DNA from: Candidatus Eiseniibacteriota bacterium
GTDB taxonomy: Bacteria; Eisenbacteria; RBG-16-71-46
DNA: 64,000 bases
NCBI GenBank assembly: GCA_963776245.1
Contig: CAVZLN010000003.1
Coordinates: 32,001 to 96,000 of the forward strand
Reading direction: 5' to 3'
Shown here: positions 10,137 through 23,295 of the stretch, one piece after another
Layout of the letters: each line of letters begins with the position of its first letter
How positions within the stretch are numbered: position 1 is the first letter of the stretch
Program-made: the position numbers and the translations under genes
The notes under the pieces: generated by a model
The model's input: only the letters and a program-made list of their open reading frames with translations
The model's database searches: none
Told to the model about the DNA's origin: nothing

Positions 10137-10216
10137 CGCGGCGGGAGGTGGGCCGGATCCTACGGGGTGCTAGTACCCACACGCACCCCTTCGGACCCGG
10201 CCCACCTCCCGCCGCG
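10137..10216. repeat. Structured intergenic hairpin element, copy 1
   Basis: Perfect 20-bp outer inverted repeat enclosing GGGGTGC-TAGTACCCACAC-GCACCCC. The same core recurs at 37443-37468. Confidence 0.85.
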
Positions 10217-11641
10217 CCGCGCCCCGCATGATCGACGCATGATGGGCGGCATGATCGGCGGCTGGACCGCAGGCGCCCGGAATCGTAAGGTCCCGCGCGC
10301 CGCACCGGAACGCGCATGGCCACCCGGGGAGGGAATCGTGAACGCCCTGTTCCACCGCGTGAGCTACTACCTGGCGCAGCGCGCCCGCGGCGAGGACGTG
10401 GCCGGCGTGCTCCGCGAACTGGAGGCCAGCCAGCGCTGGAGCGCCGAGCGCCTCGACGCCCTGCAGTGGGAACGCCAGCAGGCGCTGGCGCGCCACGCCT
10501 GGGAGACCGCGCCGTGGTGGCGCGAGCGCTGGACCGCCCTCGGCCTGCAGCCCGGGGATCTCCGCACCCGCGCCGACTGGGCGCGCCTGCCCGCGCTCGA
10601 CAAGCGTGAGGTCCAGGAGCACGGCCACGACATGACCTCGAGCCGCGCCCCGCGCGGGCTCAAGGCCGCGACCTCGGGCTCCTCCGGCACCCCGGTGGCG
10701 GTGGTGCGCAGTCACCACTCGTGGGCCCACGCGCACGCCAACGTCATCCGCGGCTGGCACTGGCACGGGATCGAGGTGGGCGAGCGCTACGGCTACTTCT
10801 GGGGAGTGCCCCTCGCCGAGGCGGACCGCCGCGTCGCCGAGCGCAAGGACCGCTTCTTCAATCGCGAGCGCGTCTCCGCGTTCACGCTCGACCCGGAGCG
10901 GGCGCGCGCCGCGCACGCCCGTCTGCTGGCGCGCGGCACGCGCTGGGCGTTCGGCTACCCGTCGGCCCTCACGCTGTTCGCCGAGGAGGTGCTGGCGCAG
11001 CGGCTCGATGGCCGCGCGCTGCGGTGGAAGGCCGTGGTGACCACCGCCGAGGTGCTCCACCCCCATCAGCGCGAACGCATCCACGACGTGTTCGGGTGCG
11101 CGGTGGTGGACTCCTACGGCTGCGCCGAGGCCGGCGTGGCGGGGTTCGAGTGCGAGCGCGGCGGGATGCACGTGCCGGTGGAGAGCGTGGTGGTGGACAT
11201 CGTCGCCACTTCCGACGGGCTCGAGGAGGTGCTCCTCACCGACCTGCACAACCTCAGCCAGCCGCTGATCCGCTATCGCGTCGGCGACCTGGTCGAGCGC
11301 GCCCCGGCGGGCGAGCGCTGCGAGTGCGGCCGCGGTCTGCCGCTGCTCGGGCGCGTCGGCGGCCGCGCGGGCGACACCCTCGAGCTGCCCGACGGACGGC
11401 GCGTGAACGCCAACCTGCCCTCGTACATCTTCAAGCAGCATGGGAAGGCGGGGACGGTGCGCGAGTACCAGTTCGTGCAGTTCCCCGCCGGCCGCGTCGA
11501 GCTGCGGGTCACCGCCGGCCCGGCGTGGCGCGAGGCCACGCGCGACGAACTGCGCGCGCAGGTGCGCGAGGTGCTGGGGATCGAGGCGTCGGTGGTGCTG
11601 GTCGAGCGCTTCGAGCGCCGCGGCCGCGGCAAGCACCGCGA

Positions 11642-14263
<2,622 letters not shown>

Positions 14264-14567
14264 GCGCGGGACCCTCCGGTGACGCGAATCTAGCACGGTC
14301 GTGCGGTGCGTCTTCGCATGCCCCAGAGGCAAGCGGCGCGCCGCCCGCACCGCACGCGCCGGGGGCACGCGATCGGCGCGGGTGCGGCACGCGTCAGGCG
14401 GGGCCGGACGACGGTGCGCGCCGTCGCGCGGCCGGGCGGCCGCGTTGCGGAGTGAGGCGGGCGCGTCCCGGAACGTCACGGGGCGCCCGCCTTGGGGCAC
14501 CACGCAGAGCGGGGCGCCGCGCTGACGCGCGACGCCCCGCCCAGGGTCCCGGGGAGAGTGGTGCCGC

Positions 14568-15812
14568 CTACGCGGCCTGATCGAGGTAGGGCACCAGCAG
14601 CGGCAGCACGCGGCGGCCGATGGCCGGGAACTCCATCGCGAAGGTCACGCCGTCGCGCAACGCCTCCCACGACAGGTCGTGCACATCCATGTGCCGGGCC
14701 AGATCGAGCAGCGTGGCGCGGGCGCGGGCACGGTGCCCCTCGGGCACGTCGATCGCGTCGAGGTCGGCAGCGAGCGCGGCCAACGCGAGCGCCGCCGGCG
14801 CTGAGAACGAGCCCACTCCGCCGGCCAGGCGTCGCTCCACCGGGCGGGCGTGGGACGAGAACACCGGGGACATGCGCAGGAAGTCATCCATCGCCCGCTC
14901 CGCCTCGGCCTCGGCCAACGCGGCGTCCTCCGCGACGGCGCGCTCCGCGGAGATCTCCGCGGAAGGCGCGGGGGCGCACACGTCCTCCAGCAGCGCCTCC
15001 ATCTCGGCATTGGTCGTCTCGCGGGCCACCGGCGCAGGGGGCGAAGCGGGTGCCTTCGCTTCGGGCACCGGCGTGGGTGCGACCGCCTCATGCACCGGCG
15101 TGGGCGCCACCGCCTCGAACACCGGCGCGGGCGCGGCTGCCTCGGGAATCGGCGTGGGCGCGACCGCCTCGGCCACCGGCTCATCGTCGCTGAAGCCAAG
15201 CATGTCCTTCAGACGCTGCTTGTGGCTGCCCTTGCGCCCGTTCTTCGCGGCGCGCACGGAGGTCTTGCCCGTGGCGCTCCGGGCCGCGCGCGCCTTGACC
15301 GACTCCACGGGCTCGACCGGTGGCGGTGCGGGCATCTCGAACACCGGAGCACTGGCACGCGCTTCGGCATCGGGCGTGGCTTCACCCGGCGCGGGCACAC
15401 TTGCGGGGGGCGGACCGCCGGGCAGGTCGACGGTCGGGAAGTCGTCCTCGGCGACACCGGGATCGAGGCTCGCCGGGCGCGGGGCTTCGGCGGAGGCCGG
15501 CACGCCCACGCGCTCGATCTCCGCGATCAGCGCGCGCAGGCACACGGCGGCCTCGGCGCACCCACGCTCGTAGCACTCGCGCACCGCCTTGGTCTCCGCC
15601 TTCGAGGACGGCGCGGAGAACGGCACGCGCCGGAAGCGCTCGACGCGCACCGGGTCCCCGGTCCAGATCCGCTGGATGGCGGTCAACGTGTTCTGCCGCC
15701 ACTGCTTGAAGATGGGGTCACGGGTGTTCGCATTGCGCAGGTTGCCCAGCGCTTCGAGCTGCTCCGTCAGCATCCGGATCGCCCGCGCCACCTCGGTGGT
15801 GCGCTCGCTCAT
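14568..15812 (-). CDS. Hypothetical protein: two helical domains joined by a long Pro/Ala/Glu-rich repetitive linker
   Basis: Good coding pattern; GGAGGG upstream of MSERTTEV; repeated EAVAPTP units. Confidence 0.7.
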   Translation of the reverse strand: MSERTTEVARAIRMLTEQLEALGNLRNANTRDPIFKQWRQNTLTAIQRIWTGDPVRVERFRRVPFSAPSSKAETKAVRECYERGCAEAAVCLRALIAEIERVGVPASAEAPRPASLDPGVAEDDFPTVDLPGGPPPASVPAPGEATPDAEARASAPVFEMPAPPPVEPVESVKARAARSATGKTSVRAAKNGRKGSHKQRLKDMLGFSDDEPVAEAVAPTPIPEAAAPAPVFEAVAPTPVHEAVAPTPVPEAKAPASPPAPVARETTNAEMEALLEDVCAPAPSAEISAERAVAEDAALAEAEAERAMDDFLRMSPVFSSHARPVERRLAGGVGSFSAPAALALAALAADLDAIDVPEGHRARARATLLDLARHMDVHDLSWEALRDGVTFAMEFPAIGRRVLPLLVPYLDQAA

Positions 15813-15866
15813 CGCGACATCCCTCCGCGCGGCCACGCGCCGCGAGCCACGAAGGGCGCGCCGGCG

Positions 15867-16475
15867 CTACCAATCCGAGAATCGTTCCTCGTTCCACGGA
15901 TCGGCATCGTTGTGATAGCCGTTCCGCTCCCAGAAGCCCGGTCGGTCCTCGCGCACCAGTTCGATCCCGCGCACCCACTTGACGCTCTTCCAGAAGTAGC
16001 GCCGCGGGACCACGAGACGCAGCGGCCATCCGTGCTCCGCCGTGAGCGGCCGGCCGTCGTGCTGATCCGCGAGCAGGACATCGTCTTCGAGCAGCTCCGC
16101 CAGTGGCAGGTTGGCGCTGAATCCCTGTTCCGCGTGGATCACCACGAACGGCGCTCCGGGCTTCGGTCCCGCGCGCTTCAGCACCTCGCGCACCGAGACA
16201 CCCGACCAGCGGTTGTCGTAGCGGCTCCACCGCGTCACACAATGGATGTCGCTCAGCACCGAGACCCGGGGCAGGCCCTGGAACTCCTTCCAGGTCATTC
16301 CCAGGGGCGTCGCCACCTCGCCGAAGACCCGCAGCTCCCAGGTCGCCAGGTCGGTGGTGGGCACCGAGCCGTGATGCAGCACCGGCCACTTGTCGGTGTG
16401 CACCTGCCCCGGCGGGAGACGCGGCTCCCGTCGCGGGCTGACTCGGTTATCGGCGGGTCCGGGATCGGAGTTCAT
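15867..16475 (-). CDS. Sulfite oxidase-like molybdopterin oxidoreductase (YuiH-like)
   Basis: RLPPGQ, DIHCVTRWS, HGWPLRLVVP, YFWKSVKW, GFWERNGYH. Confidence 0.92.
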   Translation of the reverse strand: MNSDPGPADNRVSPRREPRLPPGQVHTDKWPVLHHGSVPTTDLATWELRVFGEVATPLGMTWKEFQGLPRVSVLSDIHCVTRWSRYDNRWSGVSVREVLKRAGPKPGAPFVVIHAEQGFSANLPLAELLEDDVLLADQHDGRPLTAEHGWPLRLVVPRRYFWKSVKWVRGIELVREDRPGFWERNGYHNDADPWNEERFSDW

Positions 16476-16627
16476 GGGGGACTGGGCCTCCGTGGGCGCG
16501 CCCGGACGCGGGTCCGGGGGCGGCAGGATGGGTGTGGGACATCACTTGGGATGCGGCCGGCGCCCGCCGGGCGCGGCGAGGGTGGGCGGCCGGGACCCGG
16601 CCGGCCGGGGCGCGCGGTCCACGGCCT

Positions 16628-18065
16628 TCATCGCCCCGGCCTCGCGTGCGCGGCGAGCCATTCGCCCAGGATCTCGAGCGCCGCGGGCGCCAGGGTCTCC
16701 TCGATGCGCCCGTACTCGGCCAGGCTCCCGCTGTCCGCGGTCTGGAACAGGTGGTTGAGACCGGGCAGCATGCGCGTCGTGACGTCCCGGTCGCCGCCCT
16801 CGCGCAGCGCCGTCTCGATCGCGGCGAGGTTCGGCTCCCACGCCACCTGGGTGTCCTTCTCCCCGTTGAGCGCGAGCACCGGGCAGCGCACCTGGCGCAG
16901 CACCGGCCGCGGATCGTGGGCGAGGAACCAGCGGAACCACGGCGTGGACAGCCGCCGGACCTGCTCGTCGGTGGCGCGGTCGAGATCGCCGAGCGCCGCG
17001 CGCTCGGGGAGTGCCGCGAGCCCCGCGCGGGTCGCGGCCCGCGCCCGGGCGACCGCGATCGCGGTGTCGGGCTCGGTGCGGATGATCTCGAGCACCTGCG
17101 CGCTCAGCCGGTGCTGGAGCGCGATCGCGGAATCCGAGAATCCCGCGGCGCGCCGCATGTCGTCCCCCTGCCGCAGCATCAACGAGTCCCCGCGCACGCC
17201 CGGTCCGGCCAGCAGCACGATGAACGCCACGCGCGGGTCGCGCGCGGCGACCATCGGCGCGATGAGCGCGCCCTCGCTGTGACCGAGCAGGCCCACGCGC
17301 ATGCCATCGATGCCGGGCTGCCGCATCAGGAAGTCCACCAGCGCCTCGGCATCGCCCGCGAAGTCCTCGGTGGTGGCGCCGGCGAAGCGCCCGGTCGAGC
17401 GGCCCACCCCGCGGTCGTCGGCGCGCAGGACGGCGAAGCCGCGCCGGGTGAGGAAGTCGGCGAGCACCTTGAACGGCCGGTGCCCGAACAGCGTCTCGTC
17501 GCGGTCCTGCGGGCCCGAGCCGGTGATCAGCACGAGCGCCGGATGCGGGTCCCTCGGTGCGCGGCCACGTCAGCGTGCCGGCGAGCGTCACGCCCGCGGC
17601 GGCGCGCGCGACGCTCACCTCCTCCTCGTCGTACGGATAGGGCGGCTGCGGCGTCTGGGGCCGGCGCAATCCCACCGGCTGGTCGGTGCGGCGCATGCCG
17701 AACGGCAGCTCCGCGCCCGCCTGGCGCCACACCCCCGACAGCGAGTCCCCCGCGGGCTCGAGCCGCGCCACGTACGACGCCGCGAGGCCCCGCAGCTCGA
17801 GCCGCAGCGTGTCGGCGGCGAACGTCACGCTCTCGATCGCGAGCCCCACCGCGCCCTGGTCCGGGCTGTCGAGCGTGGCGCGCATCCCGCGCGCCGAGTC
17901 CGCGCTCACGTGGACGACGAGGCGCAGGCCGGCCAGCGTGCCCTTCCACATGCCGAGCGGCGTGCGCTCCACCGCGCGCGCGGGGGCGGCCGGCGCGAGC
18001 GCGAGCAGCGCGGCGAGCGCGCAGAGGCATGCGGCCATGACCTGCCTCGGATACCCCCGGACCAT
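16628..18065 (-). pseudogene. Secreted alpha/beta hydrolase, split by one +1 frameshift near 17548
   Basis: The N-terminal part (signal peptide, DSPDQG, RRPQTPQPPYPY, LAGTLTWP) and the C-terminal part (ITGSGPQDRDE, GHSEG, NGEKD, LNHLFQ) are in different frames. Removing one C restores GPHPALVLITGSG. Confidence 0.85.
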
Positions 18066-18091
18066 CCCGGTCTCCTCCCGCGGCCCGCGCG

Positions 18092-20101
18092 TCACGTCCG
18101 CGGCTCCAGCCAGCGTTTCAGCCACCCGAGCACCTCGGCGTACCACCGCGCCGAGTTGCGCGGCTTGAGCACCCAGTGGTGTTCGCCGGGGAACACCACC
18201 AGCCGCGCGGGCACGCCCTTGGCCTTGAGCATGCCATAGCACTCGAGTCCCTGCGCAACCGGCACGCGGAAGTCGCGCTCGCCGTGGATCACGAGCATCG
18301 GCGTGGACATGCCGCGCGTGGCGCGTGCCGGGTTGTGCGCGTCGATGCGGTCGAGCCCCGCCCATGGCTCGCCCCCGAACGAGCGCTCGCGGCCCTGCGT
18401 GACGTCGCTCGCGTACTGGGCGAGCGTGTCGTACACCCCGGCGTGATTCACCGCGCACCGGAAGCGGTCGGTGTGCGCCACCACCCAGGTGGCGAGATAG
18501 CCGCCGTACGATCCGCCCGCCACCGCCATGCGCGTGCCGTCCACCAGGCCCGCGCCGACCAGCGCGTCGGTGGCGAGCATCACGTCCTCATACGGACGCT
18601 CGCCCCACGCTCCGAGGATGCGCTCCGCGAACTCCTGCCCCCACGAGGTCGAGCCCTGGAAGTTGACCAGCGCGACCGCGTATCCGGGTGCGGCGAACAG
18701 TTGCGCGTTCCAGCGCGGATGGAACGCGTCGGCGCTCACGCCGTGCGGACCGCCGTGGAGCACGTGCACCAGCGGCGGCCGGTCGCCGGGGGCGTGCCCG
18801 GGCGGGAGCACCACGTACAGGTGCACGCGCTCGCCCGCGGCCCCGGTGAACCACCCCTCGCGCACCTCGCCGGTCGCGAACGCGCGCGTGGCGGCATCGG
18901 TGAAGCGCGTGAGGCGCGCGAGCCCGGCGCCGCTCGCCTCGCACACGTGCACCTCGGCGGGTGCCACGAGCGACTGGAGGGTGAACGCCAGCCGCCCCGC
19001 GCGCGTGACCGCGAGGCCGTTCACCGCGCCCCCGCTCACCACGCGCTCCGGCTCGCCGTGGCCGCGCCAGTGGAACAGCGCGAGTCGCGCCCGGTCCTCC
19101 GCCACCAGCGCGAGCGTGCCGTCGGGCAGGAACTCCCACGCGTCGGGCGAGCGGTCCCAGTCGCCGAGCCACGCGGCGTGCGCGCCGCTCGCGCGGTCGA
19201 AGCGCATCAGACGCACGCGGTCGGCGTAGAAGCCCGGGTCGTGCTGCATGCCGTAGGCGAGCGTCCGGCCGTCGGGCGAGTACCGCGGCCGCAGGTCGTT
19301 CGACGGATGGTCCGGCGTCAGGCAGCGCAGCGCGCCGCCCGCCACCGGCGCCACGAAGATCGCGGAACGCAGCAGCCCGGTCGCGGCGTCAACGATGTGC
19401 CCTTCGAACGCCACCTCGCTCCCGTCGGGCGCCAGGTCGTAGCGCCCGTGCGGGTCCACGCGGTCGAACCACGCGATGGACCCGGGCGTGAGGTCGCGCG
19501 GCGCGCCCCCCGCGAGGTCCACCACGAACAGGTGCGGCACCTCGCCCCCGGTGAGCCAGGTGTCCCAGTGGCGGTAGACGCGCTCCTCGGTGGCGTGCGC
19601 GACCACCGGGTCGCGCGCGCGGCGCTCGAGCTCCGCGCGCGTCGCGGCCGGAGACGCATGGCCCGCGATCACCGGCGCCACGCACACCAGTGCGTCGCCG
19701 CCCGGCAGCCAGCGCGGGTCGAAGCACCCGAGCGGGAAGGTGGTGAGCACCCGGGCCCCGGCGCCTTCGAGTGGCATGACGTGGAGCTGGCCCACGCCGT
19801 CCACCTTGCGCACGAACGCGAGCGTGCGCCCATCGGGCGCCAGCGCCGAATCGAAGCTGGAATGCTCGGGCGCGGTGAGCGCGAGCGGCGCTCCGCCGTC
19901 GAGCGGCACCTGCCACAGCCGGGTGCGCGCCTCGTCGCGCTCGGGATCGAAGGACGTCACCGGCACCACCAGCGTGCGGCCATCGGGCGCCGGGACCGGC
20001 GTGCCGACCCGCGGGATCGCCCACAGGTCCTCCGGGCTCATCGCCCGGGGGCCAGGGCGAGCCGCGTGGAGCAGTCCGATCTCGAGTGCGGGTGGGGTCA
20101 T
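18092..20101 (-). CDS. S9 family peptidase (dipeptidyl/acylaminoacyl peptidase)
   Basis: Beta-propeller region followed by HGGP, GGSYGG, HGERDFRV and EHHWV. Confidence 0.95.
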   Translation of the reverse strand: MTPPALEIGLLHAARPGPRAMSPEDLWAIPRVGTPVPAPDGRTLVVPVTSFDPERDEARTRLWQVPLDGGAPLALTAPEHSSFDSALAPDGRTLAFVRKVDGVGQLHVMPLEGAGARVLTTFPLGCFDPRWLPGGDALVCVAPVIAGHASPAATRAELERRARDPVVAHATEERVYRHWDTWLTGGEVPHLFVVDLAGGAPRDLTPGSIAWFDRVDPHGRYDLAPDGSEVAFEGHIVDAATGLLRSAIFVAPVAGGALRCLTPDHPSNDLRPRYSPDGRTLAYGMQHDPGFYADRVRLMRFDRASGAHAAWLGDWDRSPDAWEFLPDGTLALVAEDRARLALFHWRGHGEPERVVSGGAVNGLAVTRAGRLAFTLQSLVAPAEVHVCEASGAGLARLTRFTDAATRAFATGEVREGWFTGAAGERVHLYVVLPPGHAPGDRPPLVHVLHGGPHGVSADAFHPRWNAQLFAAPGYAVALVNFQGSTSWGQEFAERILGAWGERPYEDVMLATDALVGAGLVDGTRMAVAGGSYGGYLATWVVAHTDRFRCAVNHAGVYDTLAQYASDVTQGRERSFGGEPWAGLDRIDAHNPARATRGMSTPMLVIHGERDFRVPVAQGLECYGMLKAKGVPARLVVFPGEHHWVLKPRNSARWYAEVLGWLKRWLEPRT

Positions 20102-20346
20102 GCGGCTCCCGGTTGACGACGGGGTCCGCGCAGCCTATCAGCCGCCGAGCGGCGAGCACAGCGCCGGGCGCGGGTCGCACCACGGTCGGCGATTGAGTAT
20201 GCTGCCGCGTTCCAGAGCACCCAGATCGAACGGGACGGCGATCCGCCAGGCGCGCACCTCGTGCACAACCGCGCCGCGCGCGGCGCGGCCGCCGCCCAGA
20301 CCTCAACCGGAGAACCCCGCCGCCGGGTTCGATCGACAGGATCCCG

Positions 20347-23061
20347 ATGAGCAGCGACCTGCCCGATATCGATTCGCAGTCCTTCCGCCTGAACCTCCTC
20401 TCCTTCAAGCATCAGCTCCCCGACGCCGACCCGCAGGAGACCCGCGAGTGGCTCGACGCCCTCGACGGCGTCCACGCCGCTCACGGCCGCGAGCGGGCCG
20501 ACTTCCTGCTGCGCAAGGTGCTCAAGCGCGCCCGCCAGCTCCAGATCGGCCTGCCGGGACTGGTGCAGTCGCGCTACATCAACACCATCTCGCCCGAGCA
20601 GGAGCCGGCATTCCCCGGCGACGAGCAGATGGAGCTGCGCATCCGCCGCATCATCCGCTGGAACGCCGCGGCGATGGTGGTGCGCGCGAACCACCTGTTC
20701 GCCGGGCTGGGCGGGCACCTCGCCACCTACGCGTCGAGCGCCAGCCTGTACGAGGTGGGCTTCAATCATTTCTTCCGGGGCAAGGACGATGGCTCGGGCG
20801 ACCAGCTCTTCCTGCAGGGCCACGCGGCGCCGGGCTTCTACGCGCGCGCGTTCCTCGAAGGGCGCCTGAGCGAGTCCCAGCTCGATCACTTCCGGCGCGA
20901 GGTGGTGCCCGGGCAGGGACTGTCGTCCTACCCGCACCCGCGGCTGATGCCCGACTTCTGGGAGTTCCCCACCGTGTCCATGGGCCTCGGTCCGATCTCC
21001 GCGATCTACCAGGCGCGCTTCAATCGCTACCTGCACGCGCGCGGGCTCGCGGACACCGCGAGGTCGCGGGTGTGGGCGTTCCTGGGTGACGGCGAGATGG
21101 ACGAGCCAGAGGCGCAGGGCGCGCTCACCGTGGCGGCGCGCGAGGGGCTCGACAACCTGACCTTCGTGGTGAACTGCAACCTGCAGCGGCTCGACGGCCC
21201 GGTGCGCGGCAACGGCAAGATCATCCAGGAGATGGAATCGCTGTTCACCGGCGCGGGCTGGAACGTCATCAAGGTGATCTGGTCCCGCGACTGGGACCCG
21301 CTGCTCGCGCAGGACGTGGACGGCGCGCTGGTCGAGGCGATGAACGAGACCGTGGACGGCGAGTGGCAGCGCTACTCGATGGAGACCGGCGCCTACGTGC
21401 GCGAGCACTTCTTCGGGCGCGACCCGCGCCTGCTCGAGATGGTCGAGAACCACACTGACGACCAGCTGCGCGGCCTGCGCCGCGGCGGGCACGACTACCG
21501 CAAGGTGTACGCCGCCTACGCCGCGGCGACCGCGCACACCGGGCAGCCCACGGTGGTGCTCGCCAAGACGGTCAAGGGCTGGACGCTGCCCCCCGCCGAG
21601 GCGAAGAACATCGCGCACCAGGTGAAGAAGATGAACACCGACGAGCTGCGCAAGTTCCGCGACCGGCTCGAGCTGCCGATCTCGGACCGCAAGCTGGCCG
21701 ACGCTCCGTTCTACCATCCGGGCGCCGATAGCGACGAGGTGAAGTACCTGCTCGAGCGCCGGCGCTCGCTCGGGGGCGGCCTGCCGCGGCGCGTGGTGCG
21801 CGCCGCCCCGCTGCCCGCGCCGCAGGAGAAGGTGTTCGCCGAGTTCGCGGCCGGGACGAGCGAGAAGCAGCTGGTCTCGACCACGATGGGATTCGCGAAG
21901 CTGCTGCGCAACCTGCTGCGCGATCCCGCGTGGGGCCGGCGCGTGGTGCCCATCATCCCCGACGAGGCGCGCACCTTCGGCATGGAGGTGCTGTTCCGCG
22001 AGGTCGGCATCTACGCGCCGTTCGGCCAGAAGTACGACCCGGTGGACTCCAAGCTGGTGCTCTCGTACACCGAGAAGGCGGACGGCCAGTTGCTCGAGGA
22101 GGGCATCACCGAGGCCGGCTCGATGGCCTCGCTCCAGGCCGCCGGCACCGCGTACGCCACTCACTCCACCTACACCGTGCCGTTCTACATCTTCTACTCG
22201 ATGTTCCTGCAGCGCACGCTCGACCAATTGTGGGCGTTCGGCGACATCCGCGGGCGCGGCTTCCTGCTCGGCGCCACCGCCGGCCGCACCACGCTCAACG
22301 GTGAGGGGCTGCAGCACGAGGACGGGCACACGCACCTGCTGGTGGCGGGGCTGCCCAACGTCCGCGCGTACGATCCGGCGTTCGCGTACGAGGTCGCGAC
22401 CATCGTGCGCGACGGGCTCGAGCGCATGTACACGAAGGAAGAGGACGTCTTCTACTACCTCACGCTCTACAACCAGGACATCCCGATGCCGCCGATGCCC
22501 GGCGGCGTCACCGATGGGATCCTGAAGGGGCTCTACCTCTACCGGAAGGCGCCGTCCGCGCAGAAGCTGCGCGCGCAGATCCTGGCGAGCGGCATCCTGG
22601 TGCAGGAGGCGCTGCGGGCGCAGGCGATGCTCGCCGAGCGCCACGGCGTGGCGGCCGACGTGTGGAGCGCGACCTCGTGGCAGTTGCTGCGCAACCAGGC
22701 GCTCTCGGTCGAGCGCTGGAACCGCCTGCATCCGAGCGAGCCGGCGCGGGTCCCGTACGTCACGCAGACCCTCGCCGCGAGCGAGGGCCCGATCGTCGCG
22801 ACCACGGACTTCGTGAAGCAGGTGCCCGACATGATCGCCCGCTGGGTGCCGCGCCGATATCTCCCGCTCGGCACCGACGGCTTCGGCCGCAGCGACACCC
22901 GCGAGGCGCTGCGCCGCCACTTCGAGGTGGACGCCGAGCACGTGGTGGTGGCGGTGCTGTCGTCCCTGATGCGCGAGGGCAAGGTCGAGGCGGCGGTGGT
23001 CGAGAAGGCCATCCGCGAGTACGGGATCGACCCGGAGCTCAAGGACCCGCGCGAGGCGTAG
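20347..23061 (+). CDS. aceE: Pyruvate dehydrogenase E1, homodimeric type
   Basis: DPQETREW, GGHLATYAS, SSYPHP, PTVSMGLG, GDGEMDEPE, EEGITEAG, GEGLQHED, GTDGFGRSD. Confidence 0.96.
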   Translation: MSSDLPDIDSQSFRLNLLSFKHQLPDADPQETREWLDALDGVHAAHGRERADFLLRKVLKRARQLQIGLPGLVQSRYINTISPEQEPAFPGDEQMELRIRRIIRWNAAAMVVRANHLFAGLGGHLATYASSASLYEVGFNHFFRGKDDGSGDQLFLQGHAAPGFYARAFLEGRLSESQLDHFRREVVPGQGLSSYPHPRLMPDFWEFPTVSMGLGPISAIYQARFNRYLHARGLADTARSRVWAFLGDGEMDEPEAQGALTVAAREGLDNLTFVVNCNLQRLDGPVRGNGKIIQEMESLFTGAGWNVIKVIWSRDWDPLLAQDVDGALVEAMNETVDGEWQRYSMETGAYVREHFFGRDPRLLEMVENHTDDQLRGLRRGGHDYRKVYAAYAAATAHTGQPTVVLAKTVKGWTLPPAEAKNIAHQVKKMNTDELRKFRDRLELPISDRKLADAPFYHPGADSDEVKYLLERRRSLGGGLPRRVVRAAPLPAPQEKVFAEFAAGTSEKQLVSTTMGFAKLLRNLLRDPAWGRRVVPIIPDEARTFGMEVLFREVGIYAPFGQKYDPVDSKLVLSYTEKADGQLLEEGITEAGSMASLQAAGTAYATHSTYTVPFYIFYSMFLQRTLDQLWAFGDIRGRGFLLGATAGRTTLNGEGLQHEDGHTHLLVAGLPNVRAYDPAFAYEVATIVRDGLERMYTKEEDVFYYLTLYNQDIPMPPMPGGVTDGILKGLYLYRKAPSAQKLRAQILASGILVQEALRAQAMLAERHGVAADVWSATSWQLLRNQALSVERWNRLHPSEPARVPYVTQTLAASEGPIVATTDFVKQVPDMIARWVPRRYLPLGTDGFGRSDTREALRRHFEVDAEHVVVAVLSSLMREGKVEAAVVEKAIREYGIDPELKDPREA

Positions 23062-23295
23062 CGGACAGGCCTGACGAGGACGCGGCGCGGGCCCGGCGGC
23101 GAAGCCGGGCTTGCGCGCATCTGTGAGCGGCCCTGCCGCTTCATGATTTGTCTTGTCCGCGCCGGGATAGCGGGCCTAGGCTCAGGTCACGGGCAGTGGC
23201 GCTCCCTCCCACGGGAGCCGTCGGCGCACCGGCGCCGTCACGCCCTGCGTCTTCGAAGCCCTGACCGGGGCACGCAATGAGAGAGGGAGTGCCCG

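Noticed and set aside
10137..10216. Hairpin elements as CRISPR repeats, integron attC sites or group II intron domain V
   Set aside because: The copies are 27 kb apart with no spacers or cas genes, lack RYYYAAC/GTTRRRY ends, and lack the AGC triad and GNRA loop.
14264..14330. CIRCE operator upstream of clpB
   Set aside because: Only a partial CTAGCAC; the TTAGCACTC-N9-GAGTGCTAA inverted repeat is absent. The site is better read as an extended -10 (TGCTAGATT, minus strand).
16525..16550. Possible third copy of the hairpin core (GGTGTGGGAC)
   Set aside because: Shares only GTGTGGG; lacks the GGGGTGC/GCACCCC stem and the long outer arms.
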